Shown here: piece after piece, positions 1-15,455 of the stretch
How positions within the stretch are numbered: the stretch's first letter is position 1
How the letters are laid out: every line of letters starts with the position of its first letter
Assembly (NCBI GenBank): GCA_045643605.1
Contig: JAZULC010000018.1
Location: forward strand, 1-51,699
Source: Alphaproteobacteria bacterium
GTDB lineage: Bacteria > Pseudomonadota > Alphaproteobacteria > RF32 > CAG-239
Length of the DNA: 51,699 nucleotides
Reading direction: 5' to 3'
The notes under the pieces: generated by a model
Databases searched by the model: none
The model's input: the letters and a program-made list of their open reading frames with translations, nothing else
Told to the model about the DNA's origin: nothing
Position numbers and translations under genes: made by a program

Positions 1-5630
<5,630 letters not shown>

Positions 5631-5815
5631 TATTTTTATCCTTATGGTTAAAATCCTGCAACAATTCCAGTGCAAAGCACAACCCGATTGCAAGAGGTTG
5701 ATATATCAATTAAAATTTTATGTTAACTGCCAAACCGCAAGAAAAAATCCCCTTGGCAGATGAAATCAAAATAATTGCATGCAATTTTCGTTATAAATAA
5801 CGTAATTAGTGTTGG

Positions 5816-5843
5816 ATACTATCATTTTTTTTATATATTGCAA
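5816..5843 (-). promoter_or_regulatory. Candidate sigma70 promoter for rpoBC
   Basis: The minus strand reads TTGCAA, a 16-nt spacer ending in TGA, then TAGTAT (extended -10 like). It sits about 190 nt upstream of the rpoB start. AT-rich DNA produces such matches by chance. Confidence 0.3.
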
Positions 5844-5891
5844 GCAAAAAATTTTCAAAAAAAACATTTAAAATCAGAAATTTATACAAAC

Positions 5892-5922
5892 AAAAAAGCT
5901 CCCTTATTTTTAGGAGCTTTTT
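5892..5922 (-). terminator. Rho-independent terminator after the small acidic ORF
   Basis: An 8-bp stem AAAGCTCC / GGAGCTTT with a 10-nt loop. On the minus strand it is followed by a T-run (plus-strand A-run 5892-5897). Confidence 0.6.
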
Positions 5923-5940
5923 AAAATAACAACTGACAAT

Positions 5941-6147
5941 TTAATCATCGTCATCAGATTTACGGACACAAACAAAATCTTCATTTTGATTGTCGCCGTC
6001 ATACCAGTGAGAATGTTCATAATCAGCCCCCGTATGAGGATGATCATCACGAATATTGCCACCGTTTTCTTTCCATAATTCTGCTTCTCTATCATATTCT
6101 TCAGCAGACATAACAATGGGCTCAGAGCCGTTATAATGCGTGTTCAT
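5941..6147 (-). CDS. Small acidic His-rich hypothetical protein (68 aa)
   Basis: ORF MNTHYNGSEPIV...HPHTGADYEHSHWYDGDNQNEDFVCVRKSDDDD. A terminator follows directly downstream. No clear SD and no recognisable family. The overlapping alternative-frame ORF 5910..6116 looks like low-complexity noise. Confidence 0.4.
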   Translation of the reverse strand: MNTHYNGSEPIVMSAEEYDREAELWKENGGNIRDDHPHTGADYEHSHWYDGDNQNEDFVCVRKSDDDD

Positions 6148-6230
6148 AATGAATAAAATTTAAAAATTAATAATGTATATTTAATATAATGTTGAGTACA
6201 TCTTTATGCTTTATTTTGATTTATGTCAAC

Positions 6231-6268
6231 AAAAAACCGCCAATGATAAGTATCAAAGGCGGTTTTTT
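6231..6268 (-). terminator. Rho-independent terminator (symmetrical A-run/T-run) after the dsbA-like gene
   Basis: AAAAAACCGCC ... GGCGGTTTTTT hairpin, 17 nt downstream of the stop at 6285. Confidence 0.6.
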
Positions 6269-6284
6269 ACTAAAATAAGTAAAA

Positions 6285-7013
6285 TTATTTTACTGCATTA
6301 ATAGAATTTTGTAATTCTGTCTTATCAATAGCATGCATCATTTTACCATTAAATATCAAAAGAGGAACTCCGTTGATTTCTGCTTTACGAGCTAAATCAG
6401 CATTTGCTCTCATTGTAGCTTCTACAACTTCAGAATTCATATCTTTTGATAATTTTTCCATATCAATACCTGCTTTTTTAGCGGCTTCATTAATTTTTTC
6501 TTCAGATAAACCGCTATTTATAGCCATAACATTTTTATAGAAATCATATCCTTTATTTTGAATATGTGCAGCTAAAAATGCTCTTGCAGCATAATCAGAT
6601 GCTTTGCTTAAAAATGCAAGTGGCTTAAATACAAATTTAACATCAGCATTTTCACTAACAAGTCCTTCAATAGTTGGTGCTAAAGCATGACAATATCCGC
6701 ATGCAAAATCAAAGAATTCAACAACAACAGCTTTCGCATCTTTTGGTCCAACAAAAGGTGATGCAGGGTCATTATTAAATGCTTCAATATTATCAAGAAT
6801 TGTTTTTTCTGCTTTTCTTGCAGCTTCTTCTTGTTTAGCGATAGCTTCTTCTTGTAAAACTTTTTCAACTGATTTGCTTGCATTGAGCAAAATTTGAGGG
6901 TCTTTTACTAAAGTCTGTTCAATTCCACGAGCAGAACTAAAATAAACAGCCACAGCTGCTAATGCCATAGCAACCAATGAAAAAAGAAAAGATATTACTG
7001 ATAATTTATTCAT
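6285..7013 (-). CDS. DsbA-family thiol:disulfide oxidoreductase, membrane-anchored or secreted
   Basis: N-terminal hydrophobic anchor (LSVISFLFSLVAMALAAVAVYF). Thioredoxin-fold CxxC active site in FFDFACGYCHAL. C-terminal GVPLLIFNGK is typical of DsbA/DsbG-like proteins. AAGGA SD upstream of the ATG. Confidence 0.85.
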   Translation of the reverse strand: MNKLSVISFLFSLVAMALAAVAVYFSSARGIEQTLVKDPQILLNASKSVEKVLQEEAIAKQEEAARKAEKTILDNIEAFNNDPASPFVGPKDAKAVVVEFFDFACGYCHALAPTIEGLVSENADVKFVFKPLAFLSKASDYAARAFLAAHIQNKGYDFYKNVMAINSGLSEEKINEAAKKAGIDMEKLSKDMNSEVVEATMRANADLARKAEINGVPLLIFNGKMMHAIDKTELQNSINAVK

Positions 7014-7164
7014 AACACTTACGTCCTTAAAAAATTAAATTAAACAACGCTTATATATATATTCAATATTTTTTATATTTGCAAGATTTATTTAAATACT
7101 TTAATTTTACCTTATGTTAATTTAATATATGCTATATCATTCTAAAAAAATCAAAGGACAAAAA

Positions 7165-7824
7165 ATGTTTAATATAAAATTTTCACTATTTTCTCACACG
7201 CAAGAACTAGAAAGCCAAATAGATTTATTGCACGATAAAATTATAGATATGTCTATGAATTTCAGACAAGCTATGTCAGTGTTTCTGGTAGAAAGCAGAA
7301 GTGAAGAATACAAAAAATTAAATAAAATTATTCGTAATATTGAACATGAAGCAGATATTTTGCGCAGAGATATTGAAAACAAATTATATAAACATAATCT
7401 CATTCCTGATTTTCGTGCTGATGTATTGGAAATGGTAGAAAAAATTGATACCGTTTTGAACAAATTTGATGAAGTTGCTTATAAATTATATATAGAAAGG
7501 CCTAAATTTTCTGATGAATATCACCAGTTGTTTTTAGAATTGGTGAAACAAGTTACGGAATGTGCCGAAAATATGGCAATCGCTTCTCGTGCTTTCTTCA
7601 GAGATTTTTCCACTGTACGAGATTATTCTAAAAAAGTCTATATTTTGGAGCATGAAAGCGATAGTTCTTCTGCAAAAATCAGGCAAAAAATCTTCGATTC
7701 TGATATGGAATTAGCACAAAAATTGCAACTTAATGCCATTATTACAGAAGTCGCTGATATTGCAGACACTGCGGAAGATTATATTGATGCTCTGCTGATT
7801 TTTACTATAAAGAGAGATATTTGA
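7165..7824 (+). CDS. DUF47 / PhoU-like phosphate transport accessory protein
   Basis: Helical protein immediately upstream of a PiT transporter, the classical DUF47-PiT pair. The ATG at 7165 (MFNIKFSLF) follows an AAGGA at 7153-7157. The track start at 7129 is probably too long. Confidence 0.75.
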   Translation: MFNIKFSLFSHTQELESQIDLLHDKIIDMSMNFRQAMSVFLVESRSEEYKKLNKIIRNIEHEADILRRDIENKLYKHNLIPDFRADVLEMVEKIDTVLNKFDEVAYKLYIERPKFSDEYHQLFLELVKQVTECAENMAIASRAFFRDFSTVRDYSKKVYILEHESDSSSAKIRQKIFDSDMELAQKLQLNAIITEVADIADTAEDYIDALLIFTIKRDI

Positions 7825-7833
7825 GAATAAATT

Positions 7834-8886
7834 ATGGAACTGTATGTTTTATTTTTTTTATCAAGCGGTTTATTTTTAGGCTGGTCATTAGGTGCCAATG
7901 ATGCAGCGAATATTTTTGGTACTGCCGTCGGTACAAAAATGATAAAATTCAAAACAGCTTCCATAATATGTTCATTGTTTGTTATTTTAGGAGCAGTAAT
8001 CAGTGGAGGAGGTACAAGCCACACCCTTGAAGAATTAGGGAAAATCAACGCCCTTCCAGGTGCTTTTATGGTTGCTTTGTCATCTGCGTTATCTGTTTAC
8101 TTCATACTTAAATACGGTTTAACAGTTTCTACTTCGCAAGCTATTGTGGGAGCTATCATTGGCTGGAATCTTTATTGTAACAAGCCAACAGATTATGTTA
8201 TTTTATGCAAAATTATTTTAACTTGGGTTTTATGTCCGATTCTATCTGCATTTTTTGCAATTTTAATCTATTATGCCTTAAAAAAATTTTTAAAATTCGC
8301 CAAAATTCATTTAATCAGACAAGATGCTTATACCCGTATTGCTTTAATTATAATAGGTTCTTTAGGCTCATACGCATTGGGTGCAAATAATATAGCTAAT
8401 GTCGTAGGAGTTTTCATAAACGATAATCCTTTTTCTGACATACATACAAAATTTATAAATATATCAGCTCTGCAGGTATTGTTATTTATCGGCGCAATAT
8501 CTGTTTGTACAGGAGTTTTTACTTATTCACATAAAGTGATGAAAACAGTTGGCAATTCACTAATGGAAATGTCCCCGCTAATGGCATTGGTTGTTGTACT
8601 TGCCAATGCAATTGTTCTTTTATTATTTTCATCACAAACACTGAATAATTTTTTATTTGCAATGAACTTACCGACAATTCCTTTAGTTCCTGTTTCAAGT
8701 ACACAAGCCGTAATCGGTGCCATTATCGGAATAGGTTTATTCCATGGGAATCATCGTATTCATTGGGATGTCGTTACTAAAATCGGCTTGGGTTGGATTA
8801 TTACACCGATAATATCTATGATTATTTGTTTTATCTGTTTGTTTTTCTTGGAAAATGTTTTTCAACAAGTTGTTTATATACCTTAA
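7834..8886 (+). CDS. pit: Inorganic phosphate transporter, PiT family
   Basis: Multi-pass membrane protein. The PiT signature GANDAANIFGTAVGT is near the N-terminus, and a second copy of the motif region (LGANNIANVVGVF) is present. Confidence 0.9.
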   Translation: MELYVLFFLSSGLFLGWSLGANDAANIFGTAVGTKMIKFKTASIICSLFVILGAVISGGGTSHTLEELGKINALPGAFMVALSSALSVYFILKYGLTVSTSQAIVGAIIGWNLYCNKPTDYVILCKIILTWVLCPILSAFFAILIYYALKKFLKFAKIHLIRQDAYTRIALIIIGSLGSYALGANNIANVVGVFINDNPFSDIHTKFINISALQVLLFIGAISVCTGVFTYSHKVMKTVGNSLMEMSPLMALVVVLANAIVLLLFSSQTLNNFLFAMNLPTIPLVPVSSTQAVIGAIIGIGLFHGNHRIHWDVVTKIGLGWIITPIISMIICFICLFFLENVFQQVVYIP

Positions 8887-8959
8887 AAATATTTTACTTG
8901 AGATATTTTAAGAATAGAGATAAAATCATCACGATTTTTTATTTATAGGGAGAATATTT

Positions 8960-10657
8960 ATGTCAAAAATTTTAATTACATCAGCTTTACCATACGTAAA
9001 CGGCATTCCACATTTAGGACATATGGTTGGTTGCTTATTACCATCAGATGTTTATGCCAGATATATGCGCATGAAAGGACATGATGTTCTCTATGTGTGC
9101 GGCAATGATGAGCATGGCGCAGCATCAGAAGTCGGAGCTATGAAAGCAGGTATGGATGTAAAAGATTATTGTTCAATGAATAATGCAAGACATGCACAAA
9201 CTTATAAAGATTTTAACCTTTCTTTCGATTGCTTCGGACATACTGATACCCCTCAAAACAAAGAAATGACTTATCATATATTTGAACAACTTGATAAAAA
9301 CGGATATATAGAAGAACGTACTTTAAAACAGGTATATTCCGTAGATGATAATATGTTTTTAGCAGATAGATTTATCGTTGGAACATGTCCTTATTGCGGA
9401 TATGAAAATGCACGTGGCGATCAATGTGAAAACTGCACAAAAATTTTAGAAGCAACAGATTTAATAAATGCAAAATCAGTAATTTCCGGTTCTTCAAATT
9501 TAGAAGTAAGAGAAAGTAAACATCTGTTTTTGAGATTAGATAAATTAAATGAAAAACTTGCTGCATGGATAAAAACAAGAGAACCTTTTTGGTCAGAAGT
9601 AGCTTATTCAATCGCTCAAAAATGGTTGAAAGAAGGCCTTGAAGCCAGATGTATCACTCGTGATTTGAAATGGGGTTTTCCGGTTAATAAGCCAGGATAC
9701 GAAGATAAGGTATTTTATGTATGGTTTGATGCTCCTATCGGATATATCGGTATTACCAAACAGTGGGCTGACGAACAACCTGATAAAAGGAATTGGAAAG
9801 ATTGGTGGCAAAATCCGACAGAAGTTCGCCATGTAGAATTTATGGGAAAAGATAATGTTCCTTTTCACTCAATTATATTCCCAGCAACATTATTCGGAAC
9901 CGGTGAAAACTGGACACAGGTTGATTTCTTAAAAGGATGCAGTTATCTTAATTATGAAGGTGGAAAATTTTCAAAATCAGAAAATCGCGGAATTTTTGCA
10001 GAAGATGCTATAAAAGAATTTCCTGTAGATTACTGGCGCTATTGGTTAATGGCTAATGCTCCTGAAAGTTCTGATGCGACTTTTTCTTTTGATTCATTTG
10101 CTAGTGTTACAAATAAAGATCTAAATGGCGTTTTAGGAAATTTTGTATCAAGAGTTCTAAAAATGACATCATCAAAAATAGGTGACAGTGTTCCTGATGG
10201 CGGAGAATACGGGGCAAAAGAACAAGAACTTTTTGTAACTTTACAAAACAGAATTGATAATTACTTTAAATATATGGAAGAATTAGAATTTCGTAAAGCA
10301 CTCAGCGAACTTCGGGCTATTTGGGTTGAAGGTAATAACTATATTTCAGATTCGGAACCATGGACTGTAATAAAAGAGAACCCTCAACAAGCAGCTATGA
10401 TTTTGCGTGTATGTATAAATTTGATAAGAATTTTTGCGATATTAAGCGCTCCGGTTATGCCTGAAACTGCAGAAAAGATAATGCAAAAATTACATTTATC
10501 ACTAAAAGAAATATCTCTTTCTGATTTTAATGTGCAAAAAGAAATAGAAACACTTAAAGCCGGTGATAGCTTTGAAGTCGGAGATATGCTTTTTGAAAGA
10601 ATCTCTCCTGAAAGAGTACAAGAATTGCACGAAAAATACGGACACAATAATGCATAA
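8960..10657 (+). CDS. metG: Methionine--tRNA ligase (short form without the C-terminal tRNA-binding appendage)
   Basis: HIGH-type motif PYVNGIPHLGH, zinc knuckle CPYCGYENARGDQCENC, KMSKS-type motif KFSKS. GGGAG SD upstream. Confidence 0.95.
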   Translation: MSKILITSALPYVNGIPHLGHMVGCLLPSDVYARYMRMKGHDVLYVCGNDEHGAASEVGAMKAGMDVKDYCSMNNARHAQTYKDFNLSFDCFGHTDTPQNKEMTYHIFEQLDKNGYIEERTLKQVYSVDDNMFLADRFIVGTCPYCGYENARGDQCENCTKILEATDLINAKSVISGSSNLEVRESKHLFLRLDKLNEKLAAWIKTREPFWSEVAYSIAQKWLKEGLEARCITRDLKWGFPVNKPGYEDKVFYVWFDAPIGYIGITKQWADEQPDKRNWKDWWQNPTEVRHVEFMGKDNVPFHSIIFPATLFGTGENWTQVDFLKGCSYLNYEGGKFSKSENRGIFAEDAIKEFPVDYWRYWLMANAPESSDATFSFDSFASVTNKDLNGVLGNFVSRVLKMTSSKIGDSVPDGGEYGAKEQELFVTLQNRIDNYFKYMEELEFRKALSELRAIWVEGNNYISDSEPWTVIKENPQQAAMILRVCINLIRIFAILSAPVMPETAEKIMQKLHLSLKEISLSDFNVQKEIETLKAGDSFEVGDMLFERISPERVQELHEKYGHNNA

Positions 10658-11051
10658 AGAAATAGATACCAGAGATTTAGAATTAAAAGGCAGTGCAAAA
10701 TTTTTAAGCAATTTGTTGCATATAATTATGTATCCGTTACTAAAACCGGTAAAATTTTGCATTATCGTTGTTTTTGTATGTTTTATATATTACTTTCCGG
10801 TTTTAACACATAAGGTTGAATATAAAGACATAGGAAATTGGTATGGTAAAAACATAAGTTCTTTAACCGATACTTTTTTTCCAAATTTTAAATCTCATTT
10901 TTCTTTTACGAAATCAGAGCAAAAATTAACATTAAAAGAACAACGTGAGCTCTTAAAGAACAAAGCAAAACGAAAACAATTAGAAAAAAAATCGCACCCG
11001 GCAGCAGTTAATTATTCTAAAAAATACGAAAAACATAACAAAAAAGAATAA
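10650..11051 (+). CDS. Hypothetical membrane protein with a Lys-rich C-terminus
   Basis: The ATG at 10650 overlaps the metG stop (ATGCATAA). One hydrophobic span (FCIIVVFVCFIYYFPVL) is followed by a KR-rich tail. No family recognised. The track start at 10563 lies inside metG. Confidence 0.45.
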   Translation: MHKEIDTRDLELKGSAKFLSNLLHIIMYPLLKPVKFCIIVVFVCFIYYFPVLTHKVEYKDIGNWYGKNISSLTDTFFPNFKSHFSFTKSEQKLTLKEQRELLKNKAKRKQLEKKSHPAAVNYSKKYEKHNKKE

Positions 11052-11065
11052 ATAGGAATATATTT

Positions 11066-12514
11066 ATGTGGCAAGCTGTTTTAATGGTAAGCGGATATAT
11101 TATAAGCATATTAGGGTTAAGCATGCTTTTTCCTGCTATGTATGATATATATTTTAAGAATAATTTTAATTCAGCATTTATTCCTTCTGCTATCATAACG
11201 ATTTTTATCGGATTAGGACTTTTTCTATCAAACAGAGGAAAAATTGATAAAATCAGCTTGACGCAGGGATATTTAATTACGGCTATAAGCTGGTTTTCTT
11301 GTGGAATTTTTGCTTCATTACCATTTGCATTATATAATGTTACACCAACTTTAACTGATGCAATATTTGAGTCATTTTCAGGAATATCCGGAACAGGTGC
11401 TACAATTTTCAGCAATGTAGAAACACTTCCTCACTCTATTTTATTGTGGCGTTCAATGTTAAATGCTCTTGGTGGAATCGGAATTGTAGTATTTGCTGTT
11501 GCCTTATTACCATTTTTAGGTATCGGTGGAATGCAAATGTTTCAGAGAGAAAACTCTGATTTTGATAACAAATTTATGCCGAAATTCAGCTATATTGCAA
11601 AACGGATAATTATTATTTTTGTGCTGTTAATTTGTTCTTGTCTGTTGACCTTAAAATTTTTAGGTATGTCTTGGTTTGATGCTACTAATCACGCCCTTAC
11701 AGCTGTTTCTACCGGAGGATTTTCTACAAAAAACAATTCTATTGCTTATTTTGATAACGTTTGGATAGAAATAGCATTGAGTCTCTTTATGATTTTTGGT
11801 GCACTTCCAATGACCTTTTATATCACTTTATGGCAAAACAAAGATTTAAAATCATTTCGTATCTCCCAAGTTATATTTTTCTTAAAAACAACATGTTGGA
11901 TAATTTTTTTAATGATAATATGGTTGGTGTTTTCAAATAAATATGAGTTTTTACAAGCCATTCGCTATGCCATTTTTAATGTAATTTCAATAATTACAAC
12001 AACAGGATTTTCTTCTGCAAATTATTTGAATTGGGGAAGTTTTGCAATAATTTTACTATTTTTTGCTACTTTTATAGGTGGTTGTACAGGGTCAACATCA
12101 GGATCAATTAAGGCGTTCAGATGGGAAATTTTATTGGCATACATCAAAAGAAGCTTGCTTTGTGCAACAGAACCGAATCGTGTTCTACTCCTTAAAATAA
12201 ATGAAAAAGTTGTTTCAGATACTATTGTAACGTCAGTATATATATATCTTACTGCTTTTATGTTAACGGCTGTAACAGGTGTTTTATTGTTGGGAGCAAC
12301 CGGCATAGATATTTGGCTGGCAATTGATACTATTATTTCTTGCATTACTAACGTTGGTCCGGGTATTGTGGAACAAATAGGACCTAACGGTAACTTTGCT
12401 GATTTTTCATCTTTTATAAAATATATCTTGGCAATAATAATGATATTAGGAAGATTAGAAATTATTACAATTCTCGTAATTTTTACAAAATCATTCTGGC
12501 GCAAAAATTTATAA
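11066..12514 (+). CDS. trkH: Trk-type potassium uptake protein TrkH
   Basis: Polytopic protein with repeated pore-loop-like segments (SGISGTGAT, VSTGGFST, TTTGFSS, CITNVGPG) typical of TrkH/KtrB. Confidence 0.9.
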   Translation: MWQAVLMVSGYIISILGLSMLFPAMYDIYFKNNFNSAFIPSAIITIFIGLGLFLSNRGKIDKISLTQGYLITAISWFSCGIFASLPFALYNVTPTLTDAIFESFSGISGTGATIFSNVETLPHSILLWRSMLNALGGIGIVVFAVALLPFLGIGGMQMFQRENSDFDNKFMPKFSYIAKRIIIIFVLLICSCLLTLKFLGMSWFDATNHALTAVSTGGFSTKNNSIAYFDNVWIEIALSLFMIFGALPMTFYITLWQNKDLKSFRISQVIFFLKTTCWIIFLMIIWLVFSNKYEFLQAIRYAIFNVISIITTTGFSSANYLNWGSFAIILLFFATFIGGCTGSTSGSIKAFRWEILLAYIKRSLLCATEPNRVLLLKINEKVVSDTIVTSVYIYLTAFMLTAVTGVLLLGATGIDIWLAIDTIISCITNVGPGIVEQIGPNGNFADFSSFIKYILAIIMILGRLEIITILVIFTKSFWRKNL

Positions 12515-12551
12515 TTAAGTATAAAAACTTTTATTTAGATACACATAAAAA

Positions 12552-12573
12552 AGCGCCTACTTTCGTAAGCGCT
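12552..12573. terminator. Hairpin between convergent trkH and the large repeat protein gene
   Basis: AGCGCCTAC-TTTC-GTAAGCGCT forms a 9-bp stem with one mismatch. It is flanked by an upstream A-run and by AT-rich sequence without a clean T-run downstream. Confidence 0.5.
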
Positions 12574-12592
12574 ATATATATATTGATAAGTA

Positions 12593-15265
12593 TTAATAAG
12601 AGTTCTCTCTGGTAACTTTACCTATACCATCTTGTAAGTGTCCGGTAATACTTCTGCTTGTATGACCACGATTACCTCGGCCTACAGTACCTCTGAGTTC
12701 TCTTTCTCCTCCGTGATTATCCGGAGTAGGATTTCTTCTAGGAGCTGGTTCTGGTTCAGGTTCAGGCTCAGGTTCTACCACTGGCTCTGGCTCAGGTTCT
12801 ACCACTGGCTCCGGCTCTACTACTGGCTCTGGCTCCGGCTCTACTACTGGCTCTGGTTCAGGTTTTACTACTGGCTCTACTTCAATGATTTCTTCATCGC
12901 AACCACAATCACCTTTTACGATATGTGTCTTTACACAATCACCATCTTTAACAACGAACAACTCGTTACAACCTGTATCCTGATAGCCATCCTTATAAAA
13001 ACCTACTTTACCATTTTCAACATAAAAAGTATCATCGGCTTTTTCAATCATTTCTATTACTTGTTCATGCGACCATCTACCTTCACCGCAATCAGTAACA
13101 CCTTTCATAAAGGCATCAGCTTCACTCTTCGGCCAAATATTTTTAGAAATACGATGAGCTAAATATAACAACTGTGTAGGCGTTAAACCTTTCAATTGTT
13201 CACTATCGGTATTAGCCAATACATTTTGGATACCTTCAAGCTGATCTGCAGTAACATCCTTATCACCCATATTCCAACGATTAATTCTCGTTAATAATGC
13301 ATCATCAGATGCGGCATTAGAATATTTTGGTTCAAAAACTTCTTCAACTTGTACATTTTCTGCTTGAGAAGCATTTGCTTGAACATCAGTAGTATCAGAT
13401 GGCGTAGCAGTGATGCTATCATTACCAGCAACAACACCGGTATTTGAAACAGTATCATTTACTGTACTATCGTGAGTATGATCAAATATACCTAAACTGC
13501 CAGCAGAATTTGCCATCATTAACCCCGTAGTTGTTAAAGAAGCCAATAATCCAAAGCCCATAATATGAGCATTTTCTTGCAATTTTTCATTTTTAGGATC
13601 TTTTTTAGCCTTGGCTGCTGCATCAATATAATTTTGTCCCTGAATTGCAGAAGCTCCGACAAGAACACTTCCTCTTGCAATCCAAGCTTCTACTCCTAAT
13701 CCCAACACAGGACCGGCAACTGCATGAGCAACACCAACAGCAACACCACCCAAAGCTCCAAAAATAGCTCCACATTTTGCAGAACGTCTGTATGATTTAT
13801 TATCTTTTAAATTATTCCATGCTTGTTTGAAACGTTGTACAAAACTTTGAGGTTTTTCTCCTTTTGCTTTTGCCTCACGTTTCATTTTATTTGCTTGTGC
13901 AATAACAGGATAAATTCTATTAGCAATCATTGAATGTACCGTATAAGCACCTATGGCACCTAAAACTACAGGCGCACCGACTGTTGCTGCATGAATGACA
14001 GCATAACTGACTGCTGCACTGGCAAGATATTTTGACACCACGCCATAACGATTATCCCAAGCAGATTTTGCTACTTCGTGACGATTAGTCCAAAGATATT
14101 TTGCTGTTTTTCCTAAAGAATTTGCTCTTTGTTTAAACCAATCTATACCTTTGTGCGCAGCTTTACTTGTTTTTAATTTAGCTCTTTCGGCAAAAACTTT
14201 TGCTTCTGAAATACTTTTAGTTACTTCATTACATACAGCGCTTACATCAAGGACTTTTATATCTTTATCCATATGCTGATCTGCAATATTTTCAATAGCA
14301 TGCATATCACGTTTAACATGACTACCTGCTGTTTTAATTATATTTTCAGCATTTTCTTTTGTAACAGACACCAAGCCGATAGTTTTTAATTTAGCTTGTA
14401 CAACATCTTTATATGTACTATTTATAGCCTCTTTGAATGCTTGTGCTCTTACTTTTTTAGAAAGATTTCCCGTTAAGCCGAGTTCTTTTGCATTTTTAAT
14501 AACATCTCTGACCGTGTCAAGCAAAGAAGCTTTTTTTATAGCATCATCATAAGATTGTTTCTTTTCTAAATCTGCTATTTCTTCATATTGAGGTTTACCA
14601 TCTTCGCCATAAACGACATTATCTTTATCATCAACAACCGCATCATAATATTTTATATCTGCAAAATAAGCATTTACTTCATCCATAGACTTTTTATCTA
14701 TGATGTTTAAATAAGCTTTTTCATCAAAAGTATTTTCTTTTGTACTTTCTTGTAAAGCCTCAAACAAAGAATCTAAAGTTTTTTCATCTTGGTTTAAGCC
14801 TTCTTCTTCATCATATTTTTCTACTTGCGACTTAAGATAATTAGCAGAAGAATCTTTCGCTAAACCTGTGCTCAAAACAAAATCAGCAGCCATAATATCA
14901 GTTGTCTTTAACTGATATTTAGAGTTATAAATATCTTCAACTCTATTTGCCATTTGAGAAGTTATTTTTTCAATTACATCGCTATCAATGTTATTTCTTG
15001 AGCAATAAGCGTATATATCAACGAGCTCAGTCAAAGACATAGATGAAAAATCCATATCTTGCAAATTTTTGCCATCAAATTGGGCATTACCAAACATTTC
15101 TGCTTTTTGGCAAATACTTAAAGCTTCTTTAACAGAATCCATATAAAGATTATTCCGTCTATATTCAATAAGCAAATCATCTTCTGTAGCCTTACGACCC
15201 AATTTTCTGCGAATCTTTTTACTTTTTTCAACAATTTCAAGCGCTTCTTTATAGAGCATCGTCAT
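12593..15265 (-). CDS. Large hypothetical protein (about 890 aa): helical N-domain, central Gly-rich hydrophobic lobes, Cys-rich segment, EP/VV repeat and basic Gly/Arg/His tail
   Basis: Long ORF with no recognisable catalytic motif. AGGAG SD about 8 nt before the ATG at 15265 ([12 protein letters not shown]). Hydrophobic lobes [83 protein letters not shown] and [22 protein letters not shown]. The C-terminus is [24 protein letters not shown]... Confidence 0.8.
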   Translation of the reverse strand: MTMLYKEALEIVEKSKKIRRKLGRKATEDDLLIEYRRNNLYMDSVKEALSICQKAEMFGNAQFDGKNLQDMDFSSMSLTELVDIYAYCSRNNIDSDVIEKITSQMANRVEDIYNSKYQLKTTDIMAADFVLSTGLAKDSSANYLKSQVEKYDEEEGLNQDEKTLDSLFEALQESTKENTFDEKAYLNIIDKKSMDEVNAYFADIKYYDAVVDDKDNVVYGEDGKPQYEEIADLEKKQSYDDAIKKASLLDTVRDVIKNAKELGLTGNLSKKVRAQAFKEAINSTYKDVVQAKLKTIGLVSVTKENAENIIKTAGSHVKRDMHAIENIADQHMDKDIKVLDVSAVCNEVTKSISEAKVFAERAKLKTSKAAHKGIDWFKQRANSLGKTAKYLWTNRHEVAKSAWDNRYGVVSKYLASAAVSYAVIHAATVGAPVVLGAIGAYTVHSMIANRIYPVIAQANKMKREAKAKGEKPQSFVQRFKQAWNNLKDNKSYRRSAKCGAIFGALGGVAVGVAHAVAGPVLGLGVEAWIARGSVLVGASAIQGQNYIDAAAKAKKDPKNEKLQENAHIMGFGLLASLTTTGLMMANSAGSLGIFDHTHDSTVNDTVSNTGVVAGNDSITATPSDTTDVQANASQAENVQVEEVFEPKYSNAASDDALLTRINRWNMGDKDVTADQLEGIQNVLANTDSEQLKGLTPTQLLYLAHRISKNIWPKSEADAFMKGVTDCGEGRWSHEQVIEMIEKADDTFYVENGKVGFYKDGYQDTGCNELFVVKDGDCVKTHIVKGDCGCDEEIIEVEPVVKPEPEPVVEPEPEPVVEPEPVVEPEPEPVVEPEPEPEPEPAPRRNPTPDNHGGERELRGTVGRGNRGHTSRSITGHLQDGIGKVTRENSY
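12740..12883 (-). repeat. In-frame tandem coding repeat encoding (EPEPEPVV)n
   Basis: Plus-strand units of the type GGCTCTGGCTCAGGTTCTACCACT are reiterated with small variations. On the minus strand they translate to [48 protein letters not shown]. Confidence 0.9.
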
Positions 15266-15455
15266 TTTAAAACTCCTATTTTTCTCAAACTGCATGGCAG
15301 TATACAATAAATTTTAAATTATTGCAACATTTTTTTGTCAATTTTTTTATTTTTTAGTATAATAAAGAAATGATAATGATTAAAAATACCTTGCTTTGTT
15401 TAATATCATATATTATAAGGGACAAAAAGTAAAGTACATTTTAAGGCTATTTGTT

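Noticed and set aside
5631-5693. N-terminal extensions proposed by the ORF track for rpoB, and similarly for queA (15396), lgt (18616), the TerB-like gene (45243), ybeY (47337), the kinase (30819) and the pilin (34887).
   Set aside because: The downstream starts align with conserved family N-termini and/or have proper SD spacing. The extensions overlap neighbouring genes or add non-conserved residues.
6161-6195. dif-like sequence (AATAA-TGTATA-TTTAATATAAT) sharing the central TGTATA and part of the arms with the E. coli dif site.
   Set aside because: Only the AT-rich core matches. Both Xer-binding arms are poorly conserved, and such strings are expected by chance in this composition.
11017-12504. 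Minus-strand ORFs 11017..11415 (132 aa) and 12022..12504 (160 aa).
   Set aside because: They are antisense within trkH, which has clear family motifs. They are shadow ORFs.
12638-13162. 174-aa plus-strand ORF with a striking WLWLRF repeat.
   Set aside because: It is the antisense reading of the EP/VV coding repeat of the large minus-strand gene. The periodicity is inherited from that repeat and there is no independent start context.
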